NCBI GenBank assembly: GCA_004524445.1
Contig: SDNP01000008.1
Coordinates: forward strand, 29,080-93,079
Source: Candidatus Thorarchaeota archaeon
Lineage (GTDB): Archaea; Asgardarchaeota; Thorarchaeia; Thorarchaeales; Thorarchaeaceae
Direction: 5' to 3'
Length of the DNA stretch: 64,000 nucleotides
Below, piece by piece: positions 28,532 to 38,525 of this stretch. The notes beneath the pieces are model-generated. The model had not been told where the DNA came from and made no database searches. It saw only the letters and a list, made by a program, of their open reading frames with translations. Each line of letters opens with the position of its first letter. The stretch's first letter is position 1. A program made the position numbers and the translations under genes.

Positions 28532-29974
28532 ATGTTTGTGAAGACAGATAGAAAGGAACTAACGAGCATCGGTGTAGACATCGGGTCATCTACATCGCAT
28601 GTTGTCTTCAGTAAGATCATATTAGAAAAAGACATTAAAAGCCGCACCGAGAAATTCGAGATTGTAGACAAGGAAGTTATTTTCTCCGGACCAATACATT
28701 TGACACCATTCAAAGATGCTCACACTATTGACTATGTTGCGCTTCAGAATCTCCTATTGTCTGACTATAAGGCAGCGGGCATGTCTATAGGGGATATCGA
28801 CACAGGAGCGGTCATTATTACGGGAGAGAGTGCCAAGAAGCAAAATGCAGAACAAATTGTGGAGATGCTAGCAGGAGAAGCAGGCAAATTCGTTGCAGCA
28901 ACTGCGGGTCCGAATTTTGAGTCAGTGCTGGCAGCTCATGGTTCTGGAGCAATCGCCTTGTCGGAGGAGTCAGGTTTGACTGTGATGAATATAGACATTG
29001 GAGGTGGCTCTTCTAACATAGCTATTTGTAGAAACGGGAAAATAACTGATACTGGTGCCATCAATGTAGGAGGGCGACTTGTAGCTTTTGAAAAGGATGA
29101 CATCATTACACGATTGGAGGAAACCGGCAGAAAAATAGGAGAGGTCATAGGTGTTGATTTACAACTAGGCTCCAGACTTGATGACAGCCAAAAACGGCAT
29201 TTGGCGAAAACTCTCGCTGAGGCTCTTGTCGATACTCTTACGGGAAAACCCAATAACCCAGTTTCGGAAATGCTATTGATGACAGAACCTCTACCTGAGC
29301 ACAATCATGTCGATATCATCACATTTTCTGGCGGAGTAGCTGAATTCATCTACGGAAGGGAAAAGCAGGAATACAACGATATTGGAAAAGAGCTTGCAGA
29401 TGCGATCATTGGCCTCATGCAGGAGAAGGGTCTACAATATCAGGAGCCGGCACAACGCATTCGTGCAACAGTCATTGGAGCTGGTCAATTTAGTCTTAGA
29501 GTCAGTGGTTCAACAACTTTCCTATCCTCAGGCATTGAGTATCCGATTAGAAATCTACCAGCTGTTATTCCCTACGTTGAGAAAGGCACAACACGGAGGA
29601 ACGAAGTGACTAGAGCACTACGGCGCGCTTTTCAGCGCTTTGATTTGGTCGAGGGAGAGGACCCATTCATTTTGACTTTCAGAGATGCAGTTCGTCCATC
29701 CTATGATAATCTATGCGAATTTGCCCATGGCGTTGTGAATGCATTACCGAATACAGTAAGGAAAAATGAACCGATTATGATGTGTTTCGACACGGATGTG
29801 GGAAACAGCGTCGGAAATGTCATGAAACGTGAAACTGCCATTACCAACGAAATCTTGGCTATTGATGAAATTTCTCTTGAAGAGGGTGATTTTATTGATA
29901 TCGGAGAACCAATCATTGAAGGGGTCGTTGTACCGGTTATTGTGAAGACATTGATTTTCGATTCCAAGCAATGA
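28532..29974 (+). CDS. eutA: EutA-like B12-enzyme reactivating factor (ASKHA ATPase)
   Basis: 'SIGVDIGSSTSH', 'DTGAVIITGE', 'FVAATAGP..E..LA..GSG', 'DIGGG', 'IRATVIGAG', 'VPVIVKTL'. Start placed at ATG 28532. Confidence 0.85.
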   Translation: MFVKTDRKELTSIGVDIGSSTSHVVFSKIILEKDIKSRTEKFEIVDKEVIFSGPIHLTPFKDAHTIDYVALQNLLLSDYKAAGMSIGDIDTGAVIITGESAKKQNAEQIVEMLAGEAGKFVAATAGPNFESVLAAHGSGAIALSEESGLTVMNIDIGGGSSNIAICRNGKITDTGAINVGGRLVAFEKDDIITRLEETGRKIGEVIGVDLQLGSRLDDSQKRHLAKTLAEALVDTLTGKPNNPVSEMLLMTEPLPEHNHVDIITFSGGVAEFIYGREKQEYNDIGKELADAIIGLMQEKGLQYQEPAQRIRATVIGAGQFSLRVSGSTTFLSSGIEYPIRNLPAVIPYVEKGTTRRNEVTRALRRAFQRFDLVEGEDPFILTFRDAVRPSYDNLCEFAHGVVNALPNTVRKNEPIMMCFDTDVGNSVGNVMKRETAITNEILAIDEISLEEGDFIDIGEPIIEGVVVPVIVKTLIFDSKQ

Positions 29975-30029
29975 TTTAACTGGATGATTGATTTACGACC
30001 AACCAAATGGGTCAAGAGCTGATAGTAAG

Positions 30030-30896
30030 ATGGCTGTAATCCGTGACATTAGAAAAGATGACATGCCCGACATCTTGGAGATATCAAAGAATGTTTGGGG
30101 GGGACATGATTACCTACCTCGTCATATCAATGACTGGCTTAAAGATCCCGATTGCCATACCTTCGGTACAGAAGTGGATGGAAAACTCATTGCTATTGCC
30201 AATCTTCGGGTCATAGATGGCGGAAATACAGCTTGGTTTGAGGGATTGCGAGTTCATCCTAATCACCGAGAACAGGGGTACGCAAATAGGCTCACTGATC
30301 ATCTTGTCGAGGTTTCTCATGACATTGGAGTTGAGAGAGTAAGATATACAACAGCCAAGGATAATGTGGAGTCACTAGCACTCGCTAAGAGAATTGGCCT
30401 TGAGAAAATACTTGAGATGTACGTCTTCTGGAAGGGGGATTTGTTGGAGCTTGATTGGAGCTACTCGGAGAGAGAGGTACTACAAGTAAGCCCTCGTGAC
30501 GTACAAGAATTACTGGAAGAGAATGTTTTCGAATTCCTTCATCCTGTGATCATTCATGATTGGAAGGCTTGGGAGTTTACCGACCAATCTTTGCAGGATC
30601 TTGGGCAAAAGTGCTGTTACTATCTGAGCCGGGAGAAAGATGCTGTGACTGGACTCTCCGTTGGGGGAATCAGGAAGGAGGCAGATAGCGATCAATGGTC
30701 ATTTACAGTTTATGCTACAAATGAGGAGGCGTTTCTTTCGCATCTTTCTTTTCATCTTGATTTGGCCTGCGACCAACAATTTGATGCAGTAATGTGTATT
30801 GCTGAAAGTGCTTTTGAAAGCACAATTGAGAGTCTTCCTTGGTTTACTGACGATATTCATGGAACTAGGATTATTCTGTTTAACAAAGAGTTATAG
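30030..30896 (+). CDS. GNAT acetyltransferase (NAT16-like)
   Basis: 'WGGHDYLP', 'WFEGLRVHPNHREQGYA'. Start placed at ATG 30030. Confidence 0.8.
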   Translation: MAVIRDIRKDDMPDILEISKNVWGGHDYLPRHINDWLKDPDCHTFGTEVDGKLIAIANLRVIDGGNTAWFEGLRVHPNHREQGYANRLTDHLVEVSHDIGVERVRYTTAKDNVESLALAKRIGLEKILEMYVFWKGDLLELDWSYSEREVLQVSPRDVQELLEENVFEFLHPVIIHDWKAWEFTDQSLQDLGQKCCYYLSREKDAVTGLSVGGIRKEADSDQWSFTVYATNEEAFLSHLSFHLDLACDQQFDAVMCIAESAFESTIESLPWFTDDIHGTRIILFNKEL

Positions 30897-31046
30897 CGTA
30901 ATAGCCAATGACTGAGCGCTAACTGGAAATTCAGGGGGTATAACCTGATCTAACTTCAACAGAAAGATCGCAATGATGGCTAGATTACGATTATATTACT
31001 GGCATACTTCCGCAGACTTGACTCGATTTAGCGGCCTGTTGGACAA

Positions 31047-31502
31047 CTAGAAATTTGTTTCAGTATATCTAGGCTCAAGATCCTCAAACCATTCTGCAAC
31101 TTTGGCTTCATCTACTCTGTCAGATGTTGGCATGTAGGGTTTGATATCGACCACAGGGGTTTCATCGAATGCATCAATTTGGTCGATGACAAGATGTTTC
31201 TTTTCTTCGTCAACAGACAGCAGATTTACGATAGACAGGGCAATGGGTGTGGGACGGTGGCTGGATCTTGTGGCAAATACACCTGATTCTTTTGCCTCTG
31301 GAATGTGTGGAGGCTTTGCTCTCAGATGATTTCTTGCTTCTTCATTGTCATTCTCCGTAAGCCACCACAGCACGACAAGATGAGAAAATCTGTCGAGATT
31401 TTGGACTCCTGTCCAATATTTGTCAAAGACTCTGATGGCGGTATAGTCATCTTCACGAACAATTTTCCCTATGGCTGTTGCTTTCATGTCTTCTTTTATC
31501 AT
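31047..31502 (-). CDS. tsaA: TsaA/TrmO-family tRNA methyltransferase
   Basis: 'FSHLVVLWW', 'GVFATRS.HRP.PI', 'TPVVDIKPY'. Confidence 0.85.
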   Translation of the reverse strand: MIKEDMKATAIGKIVREDDYTAIRVFDKYWTGVQNLDRFSHLVVLWWLTENDNEEARNHLRAKPPHIPEAKESGVFATRSSHRPTPIALSIVNLLSVDEEKKHLVIDQIDAFDETPVVDIKPYMPTSDRVDEAKVAEWFEDLEPRYTETNF

Positions 31503-31566
31503 TCAAATCACTGGTCTGCAACAAAATTAGTAAAATCATTCTTAATTGTGCTTTCTGTAGCGGAAT

Positions 31567-33318
31567 TTATTCAGCTGCCATCATCATCAGTCTTACGATT
31601 TCCTGACGCATGTCCTGTTCAGGTACGTATCCCGCCAGTCTACGACTTCCCAATTGTATTGCGGGTAATGCCGGTAGGGCATCTTCTGAAATGCCTGCGT
31701 CTGGGTCTTCCACATCCACAACTCTGATGGTCGACCTACTGATGCCCATATCATCCAGAACTGATGTTAGAGTGTCCAATACTGGGTCACAGAATACACA
31801 ATGCTGGGATTTGTAAAATGTGATAGGCGGGATTTGTAGTTGTTCTTGCCATCGTGGCAGAACGAGAATAAACTTACTACCCTTTGATGAATCTCCTGGT
31901 ATCCGGTCTTCCACCCAGACCCTTCCTCCGAGGTCTGAAACATATCTATCAACAACTGTCAAACCCAAACCTTTTCCTGGGGAGCCAGCCTCAGCAATAC
32001 TTTCTCTCTTGAATACATGTGGCTTACGGTCATCAGGTATGCCGGGTCCTCGATCTGCGAATTCTAGACGTACTTCACGACCCATATCGACAATACTCGC
32101 ATTAACATCGACTCGTACTTTCTTGCTCGGGTCATATATCATGGCATTGTGAAGAATATTGAAGAAAATACTCCAGAGAAACATATCGCCAAGGACTTCC
32201 AAAGACTCCTCTCCAATATTTGTGCTGATATCTAGGTCCTTCCATTCAAAATCGCGGTCGACCTCAGTTGCTGCCCTGTTGAAGTGTGTACTTACTCTTG
32301 TCTTAACTCGGTCAGGAGGACTTCTTGCAAGTTTAAAGAGAACCTCCATATTGGCAATCATACGCGATGATCTTCGAATATCCCATGCCGTTTCGTTGAT
32401 GAGTTCGAGTTCTTCTTCAGGGAGATCCAAAGACACTTTCAGATTTTCAAGTGCAAAGAGAGCGCTTTGATTAATAATATTCAAGTCACTTGTCATAAGC
32501 CCAAGATAGAGGTCTGCTCTCTCTCTTTCTTCTCTGAGTCGATCCTCAGCTAGCTTTCTCCTAGTGATGTCTACTGCCATTAGGCCTATCTCACGAGGCT
32601 TTTCAGAGCCCGGGGTAAGTGAACTAGAGGAGATGGAAGCCCAAATGGGACGCTTATCCGAGCGGACCATCTCCACTTCTAGGGCATTCACCGTCCGCCC
32701 TCTGGAAACTTCTGTCAAGATGTCTCCAGCTGGGTCATATTCTTCCGTTTTCTCTAGGAAAAGGGTCGAAAAATTAGCCCCAATAAGCCTATCTGCCGTG
32801 TAACCAAAGAGTTCTTCTGCTGCTTTGTTTACCTGCTCGATTATACCTTCACGGTTCAATGTCAGGTAGGCAATGGGCGACAAGTCGTAAAGATTCGCAA
32901 ATCTGTTTTCTAATTCAAGAACAGTTTCCTCAAGAGCAATTTGTCCGGTTACATTATTTACAGAAATCAGAACAGCATCAGCACCATCGAAATTAACAAT
33001 GCGGGGGTTGATTTCTACATGTAACAAGTCGCCATGTTTTGTCCTTAACCGGGTATTAAACGCTTCAACATCATCCGCGTCCGCAAGGGCATCTAGTAGG
33101 TTCCTATGGTGCTTACGGGATAAAGAATCTACAAGATTTTCAAATGGCATGAAAATGAGGTCATCCTTCTGGTATCCTATCATTGCAGAGAAAACAGAAT
33201 TTGCATCAACTATCTCGTTGTCTTGCAACACGACAATTCCATCGGTTACAATCTCGAGAATGTTATGTAGCCATTCAGTTTCCTTCTCATCATCTGGCAA
33301 AGATAGACCTCTTGTCAC
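31567..33318 (-). CDS. PAS-PAS histidine-kinase-like protein lacking the phosphoacceptor His, with C-terminal CxxC thioredoxin-fold domain
   Basis: Paralog of 7653-9437. H-box reads 'MTSDLN'; N and G boxes are intact. C-terminus 'FYKSQHCVFC...LPALP'. Confidence 0.85.
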   Translation of the reverse strand: MTRGLSLPDDEKETEWLHNILEIVTDGIVVLQDNEIVDANSVFSAMIGYQKDDLIFMPFENLVDSLSRKHHRNLLDALADADDVEAFNTRLRTKHGDLLHVEINPRIVNFDGADAVLISVNNVTGQIALEETVLELENRFANLYDLSPIAYLTLNREGIIEQVNKAAEELFGYTADRLIGANFSTLFLEKTEEYDPAGDILTEVSRGRTVNALEVEMVRSDKRPIWASISSSSLTPGSEKPREIGLMAVDITRRKLAEDRLREERERADLYLGLMTSDLNIINQSALFALENLKVSLDLPEEELELINETAWDIRRSSRMIANMEVLFKLARSPPDRVKTRVSTHFNRAATEVDRDFEWKDLDISTNIGEESLEVLGDMFLWSIFFNILHNAMIYDPSKKVRVDVNASIVDMGREVRLEFADRGPGIPDDRKPHVFKRESIAEAGSPGKGLGLTVVDRYVSDLGGRVWVEDRIPGDSSKGSKFILVLPRWQEQLQIPPITFYKSQHCVFCDPVLDTLTSVLDDMGISRSTIRVVDVEDPDAGISEDALPALPAIQLGSRRLAGYVPEQDMRQEIVRLMMMAAE

Positions 33319-33575
33319 ATTTCTGGTTAAAAGATGTTGATAAAGAAACCCGTTACGAATACATAGCAGTTTTCAGCTGAAACACTATGGATTTGGAAAC
33401 AAATTCTTACATATCAATTTAGATTACTCGCTGGTATTTTTTGTGGAGGTCTCTTGAAAATCACCTTTACTGCTGAGTTGCTAAGGGATATTACAGATTT
33501 GGATGAAAAGCATTCGATAATTCCATAGGATAGCTATCCGTAATACCCACAAAAAAGGAGAACCAGTGAGAAATA

Positions 33576-33743
33576 ATGAAGCATCTCCTTGGTCTAATAT
33601 GGTCCTTTGCTGCAACCTCTCCAATTCTGGTCATAATTCTGGTTCCTGTTTGGCTCATTCAGCCGAAAAAGCTGATATATACAACATTCTTTGTATTGCT
33701 TGCAATAATGCCGCTGATTTTATGCACCGCGTCTAACAGATGA
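33576..33743 (+). CDS. Possible small two-TM protein or membrane-gene remnant (55 aa)
   Basis: MKHLLGLIWSFAATSPILVIILVPVWLIQPKKLIYTTFFVLLAIMPLILCTASNR* lies in an otherwise empty gap of about 570 bp. Confidence 0.3.
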   Translation: MKHLLGLIWSFAATSPILVIILVPVWLIQPKKLIYTTFFVLLAIMPLILCTASNR

Positions 33744-33887
33744 ATTGTTCTATTCAAGTAGCACTATCATGGAATTCTAGGATCTACAAATGATACTATT
33801 AAGATGGCATAGGTATTTAGATGGACGAGATTGTTATATAGGCCACAAGCTGGGTTCAGAATATGCTCTGGAGTCAACCTCAGTAGA

Positions 33888-34121
33888 CTATTCTTCCTTC
33901 AGGGAATAAACCAGCTCTTCGTTTTCATGACCTGTGACTTCAATTTGACCCCACCGCAGCATGCCCATAAGATTCCAGACAATCAAGTCTTTTGGATATT
34001 CCGTCCTTGAGGATAGCTGACTGACTGTGGCAGCTCCTTCTGTCAACATTTCTTGGATTTTCCGTCTTTGTCTGCGCACTTCGCCGCGTTTCTGGTCGAA
34101 GAATTGTCGGAACTTGGTCAT
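33888..34121 (-). CDS. Small winged-helix protein at the end of the hdr-mvhD operon
   Basis: ATGA overlap with the mvhD stop; 'ATVSQLS..T.YPK..IVW.L' wHTH pattern. Confidence 0.7.
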   Translation of the reverse strand: MTKFRQFFDQKRGEVRRQRRKIQEMLTEGAATVSQLSSRTEYPKDLIVWNLMGMLRWGQIEVTGHENEELVYSLKEE

Positions 34122-34567
34122 TTCCATTCTCTCCTAATTGGTCCGAGCTCTCTCACTTGTTCTGTCAATTTATTGACTCCATCTGCAAAGACTTGTGCCT
34201 CAGAAGCCGAGGCCCATTGCAGCCTTACTCTTCGTGGATTCAATCCAGATTGCTCAATGGCCTTTTCCATCAATGCCCATCTGGCTCGAGCCTTTAAGTT
34301 TCCGTTTGTGTAATGACAATCGCCTGGGTGGCAGCCTGAAACCAACACACCATCGGCACCCATTTCTAGGGCAGATAGTATGAACTCAGGTGTGATACGC
34401 CCAGTACAATTCACTCGGATGATCCGTGCGTTTGGGGCGTATTGTATTCGTGACGTGCCAGCAAGGTCCGCCCCAGCGTAGCTGCACCAATTACAACAGA
34501 ACGCAACTATCTGTGGCTCCCATTCCTTAGAATCCGACTGTGAAGGGGCTGTCTTCGCCTGTGTCAT
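34118..34567 (-). CDS. mvhD: [2Fe-2S] hydrogenase/Hdr adaptor subunit MvhD (Cys form)
   Basis: 'FCCNWCSYAGAD', 'RVNCTGR', 'GCHPGDCHY', 'WASASE'. TAATG overlap with the upstream gene. Confidence 0.95.
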   Translation of the reverse strand: MTQAKTAPSQSDSKEWEPQIVAFCCNWCSYAGADLAGTSRIQYAPNARIIRVNCTGRITPEFILSALEMGADGVLVSGCHPGDCHYTNGNLKARARWALMEKAIEQSGLNPRRVRLQWASASEAQVFADGVNKLTEQVRELGPIRREWK

Positions 34568-36315
34568 TACTTGGCACCTCCCTCTACAAGCTGTTCGGGG
34601 CAAAGATATGCTTCCACCATCGTCAATATCTGTTCATCGGTAGAGTGTCGCATTATTATCGCTCCACTTGGACATGCCGCAGCACAAGTACCACACCCGT
34701 GACATTTTGCCTCAGTCACTTTTGCGACTGCGGGTTCTTTTGTTTGATCAATAGCAATCGCCCCATATGGACAAGCTGAAACACAGGTATGGCATGAGGA
34801 ACATAGGTCCTCAATGACATGTGAAACTGTAGATTCGATTTCCACCTCGCCTCGAGCCATAAGGGCAACAGCCTTTGCTGCCGCACCACTTGCATCAACA
34901 ATAGATTCAGATGCACCTTTTGCAGCTTGGGCCGTTCCAGCAATCATGACACCGGCGGTGTGTGTGGTCAGCGGAGCCAGTTTGATATGCTCCGGGTTGA
35001 AGAATCCATCAGGACTACGGGTCAGACTAAATAGCTTTGCAACCTCTTGGGTGCCTTCAGCCGGTAGCATTGCAGATGCAAGAACAACCATATCTGGGAA
35101 AAACTCCAACCTATCACCCGAGAGCACATCGGTCCAGGTTATTGTAATCTGTCCATCTTTGTAGTGCACGACGGGTTTCTCATCGGTTGGAAACTTGCTG
35201 TATATAACATGTTTGCCCCGCGATTGTCTGTGAATTTCTTCATGATTCTTTCCATAAGTTCGTATGTCTTGGTAGAGGATTACTACCTCATCTAATTCAT
35301 CCCTAAGCTGAGATGCTGTATTTGCCACCGCAGTACAGCAATACCGTGAGCAGTGTTCGTGTCCCTTCGTATCAGGCTCTCGGGACCCGACACACCCAAT
35401 CATTGCAATCTTCTTCACCGGTCGTCCATCACTAGGTCTCTTGAGATCTCCGTCAGTCTTCATCTCCTCTAGTTCTGCCAAGGTAACGATGTCTGGAGAC
35501 CAGTCATATCCGTAGTAACCTTCGGGCTTGAAAGATTTGAAACCAGTCGCGATGACAGCTGTTCCGATATCCAGCTTCTCTTCCTTGTTTGTATCTTTAT
35601 TTTTGATTGTTACCTCAAAATTGCCGATGTATCCATCAAAGCCCACAACTTCGCTATTTGTGTAAACTTTGATGCGCTTATGTTTCAGAATTCTTTCCGA
35701 GAGTTCATCTACAATCTCCTCTCCAGACCTACCTGTCGGGTAAAGGCTGTGCCATTTTTTCACATGCCCCCCCAAATCTGGCTCACGTTCTACAAGGACA
35801 ACGTCGAACCCTCTGTCTGCGATGTCAAGCGCAGTGTGCATTCCAGTCACACCTCCACCCACTACCAGCGTTCGCGGAGTTACAGAAACGCTCTTGATGG
35901 GTAGGGATTCAAGCTTGGCGGCTCGAGCCACTGACATACGAACAAGATCTTTCGCCTTCTCTGTGGCTGCCTCTGGTTCTCTCATGTGGCACCAAGATAC
36001 GTGCTCTCGCAAATTAACCTGCTCGAAGAGATATCTGTTAAGACCCGCCTCTTCCACGACTCGTCTGAACGTTGGTTCATGCATTCTTGGAGAACAACTC
36101 GCAACCACAACCCGATTCAGGTTGTGTTCTGCTACTTTATCCTTGATTAGCTGTTGACCGCTGTCAGCACACATAAACATGTCATCAGTTGAGTAGACAA
36201 CATAGGGCAGATCCTGTGCCATCTCTGCCACTGACACGACATCCACTGTTCCTGCGATGTTGTGACCACAGTGACACACGAAGACGCCAATTCTTGGTTC
36301 TGCATCATCAGACAT
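34567..36315 (-). CDS. hdrA: HdrA-like subunit (N-terminal domain, FAD domain, C-terminal ferredoxin; QmoB-like)
   Basis: 'RIGVFVCHCGHNIAG', GGGVTG, 'CVGSR', C-terminal 2x[4Fe-4S]. Lacks DKTFPTLDC and the internal ferredoxin. Start ATG 36315 with GGAGG RBS. Confidence 0.9.
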   Translation of the reverse strand: MSDDAEPRIGVFVCHCGHNIAGTVDVVSVAEMAQDLPYVVYSTDDMFMCADSGQQLIKDKVAEHNLNRVVVASCSPRMHEPTFRRVVEEAGLNRYLFEQVNLREHVSWCHMREPEAATEKAKDLVRMSVARAAKLESLPIKSVSVTPRTLVVGGGVTGMHTALDIADRGFDVVLVEREPDLGGHVKKWHSLYPTGRSGEEIVDELSERILKHKRIKVYTNSEVVGFDGYIGNFEVTIKNKDTNKEEKLDIGTAVIATGFKSFKPEGYYGYDWSPDIVTLAELEEMKTDGDLKRPSDGRPVKKIAMIGCVGSREPDTKGHEHCSRYCCTAVANTASQLRDELDEVVILYQDIRTYGKNHEEIHRQSRGKHVIYSKFPTDEKPVVHYKDGQITITWTDVLSGDRLEFFPDMVVLASAMLPAEGTQEVAKLFSLTRSPDGFFNPEHIKLAPLTTHTAGVMIAGTAQAAKGASESIVDASGAAAKAVALMARGEVEIESTVSHVIEDLCSSCHTCVSACPYGAIAIDQTKEPAVAKVTEAKCHGCGTCAAACPSGAIIMRHSTDEQILTMVEAYLCPEQLVEGGAK

Positions 36316-36316
36316 C

Positions 36317-37648
36317 TCAGTCGCCTCCATCATTAAGGGAAATGGTTGCACGCATTGCCGCGGCGCTTCCCTCAGATACAGAATCGGGAATGTCTTTTGG
36401 TCCCTCTGCACATCCACAGACGTAAACTCCAGATATAGTAGTATCAACGGGAGTTGAAAGGGTGTCTCGGGCCTCGACATAGCCATTTTCGTCAACATCT
36501 AATCCTATCTTTTCTACGAGCTCTGCAAGTTCTGGCGGTGGTTGAATGCCAGGACTGAGAACAACTAAGTCATGTTCAACTTGAAGCACTTCACCGGTCT
36601 CCGTGTCTTCCACAGTTACAATCAAATTATTCGATTCAGGGTCTTCGACAACTTCTCCAACCCTGCCACGTATGAATTTCACGCCAAATCGCGTCTTCGC
36701 TCGCTCGTAGAACTGCTCGAAGTCTTTTCCAAATGCGCGGATGTCTAGATAGTAGACAGTCACATCTGTGTCGGGTTCGTGTTCTTTTGCCATTACGGCA
36801 TTCTTGATGCCGTACATGCAACAAATTCGCGAGCAAAGCGGAACGCCCTTGTTCACATCTCGAGCACCTACGCATTGAATAAAGGCGATGCTTTGGGGTA
36901 TCTTACCGTCACTCAATCGAATCATGTGTCCTGCAGTTGGACCTGCAGCATTGATTAAACGTTCATATTCCATTGCATGAATGACGTTGGGGAACTTGCT
37001 ATATCCAAAACGAGAGTATTCTGAAACATCAAAGAGATTGTATCCTGTTGCGATGATGATTGCTCCGACATTCAGCGTTATAGTTTCGTCTCTCTGGCTA
37101 TGGTTTATTGCCTCTCGCTCGCAGGCGGTGACACATCTGCTGCACTCGATACAGTTCTCCATATCTACCGTAACCACACTGGGAGTTGCTTGTGGAAAGG
37201 GCATATAGACCGCCTTTCTGAAACCCAGATTCTGGTCGAACTCATTTGGAACCTCGATAGGGCAGACTTCAATACACTGACCGCATCCTGAGCATAGTTC
37301 TTCTTCTACCATTCGTGCCTTCTTCAAGACCTCAACAGTGAAGTTTCCCTCTTCCCCTGTAACTTCCTTAACCTCCGAATATGTAAAAAGCTCGATGTCG
37401 GGATGACGTCCAACCTCACTCAGTTTCGGTGTGAGAATACATGCAGAGCAGTCCAATGTTGGAAACGTCTTGTCGATTTGAGCCATGCGTCCACCAATAG
37501 AGGGAGATTTTTCAACCAAATAGACATGGAAACCCTGATTTGCAATATCAAGGGCAGCTTGCATGCCAGAAACGCCTCCACCAATAATGAGTGCGTCTTT
37601 AGATGGTGATTTCTCCTTCATCTTTGTGGATGACTTTGTGATTGTCAC
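36317..37648 (-). CDS. hdrA: HdrA-like subunit (FAD domain with inserted ferredoxin, no N- or C-terminal domains; QmoA-like)
   Basis: GGGVSG, 'DKTFPTLDCSAC', two ferredoxin motifs, 'CSRICC', 'GPKDIP'. Confidence 0.9.
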   Translation of the reverse strand: MTITKSSTKMKEKSPSKDALIIGGGVSGMQAALDIANQGFHVYLVEKSPSIGGRMAQIDKTFPTLDCSACILTPKLSEVGRHPDIELFTYSEVKEVTGEEGNFTVEVLKKARMVEEELCSGCGQCIEVCPIEVPNEFDQNLGFRKAVYMPFPQATPSVVTVDMENCIECSRCVTACEREAINHSQRDETITLNVGAIIIATGYNLFDVSEYSRFGYSKFPNVIHAMEYERLINAAGPTAGHMIRLSDGKIPQSIAFIQCVGARDVNKGVPLCSRICCMYGIKNAVMAKEHEPDTDVTVYYLDIRAFGKDFEQFYERAKTRFGVKFIRGRVGEVVEDPESNNLIVTVEDTETGEVLQVEHDLVVLSPGIQPPPELAELVEKIGLDVDENGYVEARDTLSTPVDTTISGVYVCGCAEGPKDIPDSVSEGSAAAMRATISLNDGGD

Positions 37649-37652
37649 TTTC

Positions 37653-38525
37653 TTAACCTCCCAGAGTATTCATAATTGTTTCAGGACTGATTCGATTGAG
37701 CGCCAGGCCAAGAGCATCGTCCTCGATTCCTATTGCTGGCCCAAGCAGCTGTGGTAATGTGATTGTTGGCAAGAGTTGGCTTCTATCAATTTCACCAGAA
37801 AATTGTGCTTGAGTCAATTGGACATTACAAAATACACAGGCAGTTACAACACCCTGAGCTCCTGCCTTCTTGATGTTGGTAATCTTGTCCTGACCAATAG
37901 CTGTTGCGATGCCTTCATCCATCGCTAACATTGGACCTCCACAACATCGAGTCTTTCCAGTATAGTCAACAGGAGTTGCTCCTACAATGCTAATAAGGTC
38001 ATCAATAATCGTAGGCTCTTCGGGATCATCTACTTGAACAATATCGCCAGGTCGAGTCACATGGCATCCATAGTGTGCTGCAAGCTTCAGGCCATTATAT
38101 GGCCGAATAACTGCCGCCCCTATTTTCTCAAACCCAATATCTTCATTGAAAACCTGCAAGAGATGCCGCACTCTAGTTGTACCAGAATATTCAAGGTCTT
38201 CGTCGGCCAAAAGTTCATTGAGTTCATCCTTGGCTTCATCATTATTATCAAGATAATGCTTGTTTACTTTCAAAGACCCCGAGCAGGCCCCACAAATAGC
38301 TAACACATCTAGTCCCTCTTTTTCAGCAAGAGCTAATATTCTTCCACTCATTGCGGCGTAAGCGTTCCTTGATAGAGATTCTACGTATTGTGCGCCACAA
38401 CAATTAGCATCCTCCATTATTCGAACTTTCACACCTAATTTTTCTAATACTGCAATGGTAGCGGCTTCATAATTAGGAAGTCGAACTGGGGTCGTACAGC
38501 CGCGATAAAGCATAATCTCGTCCAT
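37653..38525 (-). CDS. hdrB: Heterodisulfide reductase subunit B
   Basis: Two CCG domains ('NCCGA', 'HYGCH..RP', 'CCGG', 'CVFC'). Confidence 0.93.
   Translation of the reverse strand: MDEIMLYRGCTTPVRLPNYEAATIAVLEKLGVKVRIMEDANCCGAQYVESLSRNAYAAMSGRILALAEKEGLDVLAICGACSGSLKVNKHYLDNNDEAKDELNELLADEDLEYSGTTRVRHLLQVFNEDIGFEKIGAAVIRPYNGLKLAAHYGCHVTRPGDIVQVDDPEEPTIIDDLISIVGATPVDYTGKTRCCGGPMLAMDEGIATAIGQDKITNIKKAGAQGVVTACVFCNVQLTQAQFSGEIDRSQLLPTITLPQLLGPAIGIEDDALGLALNRISPETIMNTLGG

Noticed and set aside
36300-36498. Frameshifted single hdrA, suggested by overlapping ORFs
   Set aside because: The second gene has its own GGAGG RBS and ATG at 36315, each half has its own FAD motif, and the domain order does not reconstruct one canonical HdrA.
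34118-37648. Possible Sec in MvhD or HdrA, which are selenoproteins in some archaea
   Set aside because: All relevant positions here, and in the 10604-13120 fusion, are Cys codons in uninterrupted frames.
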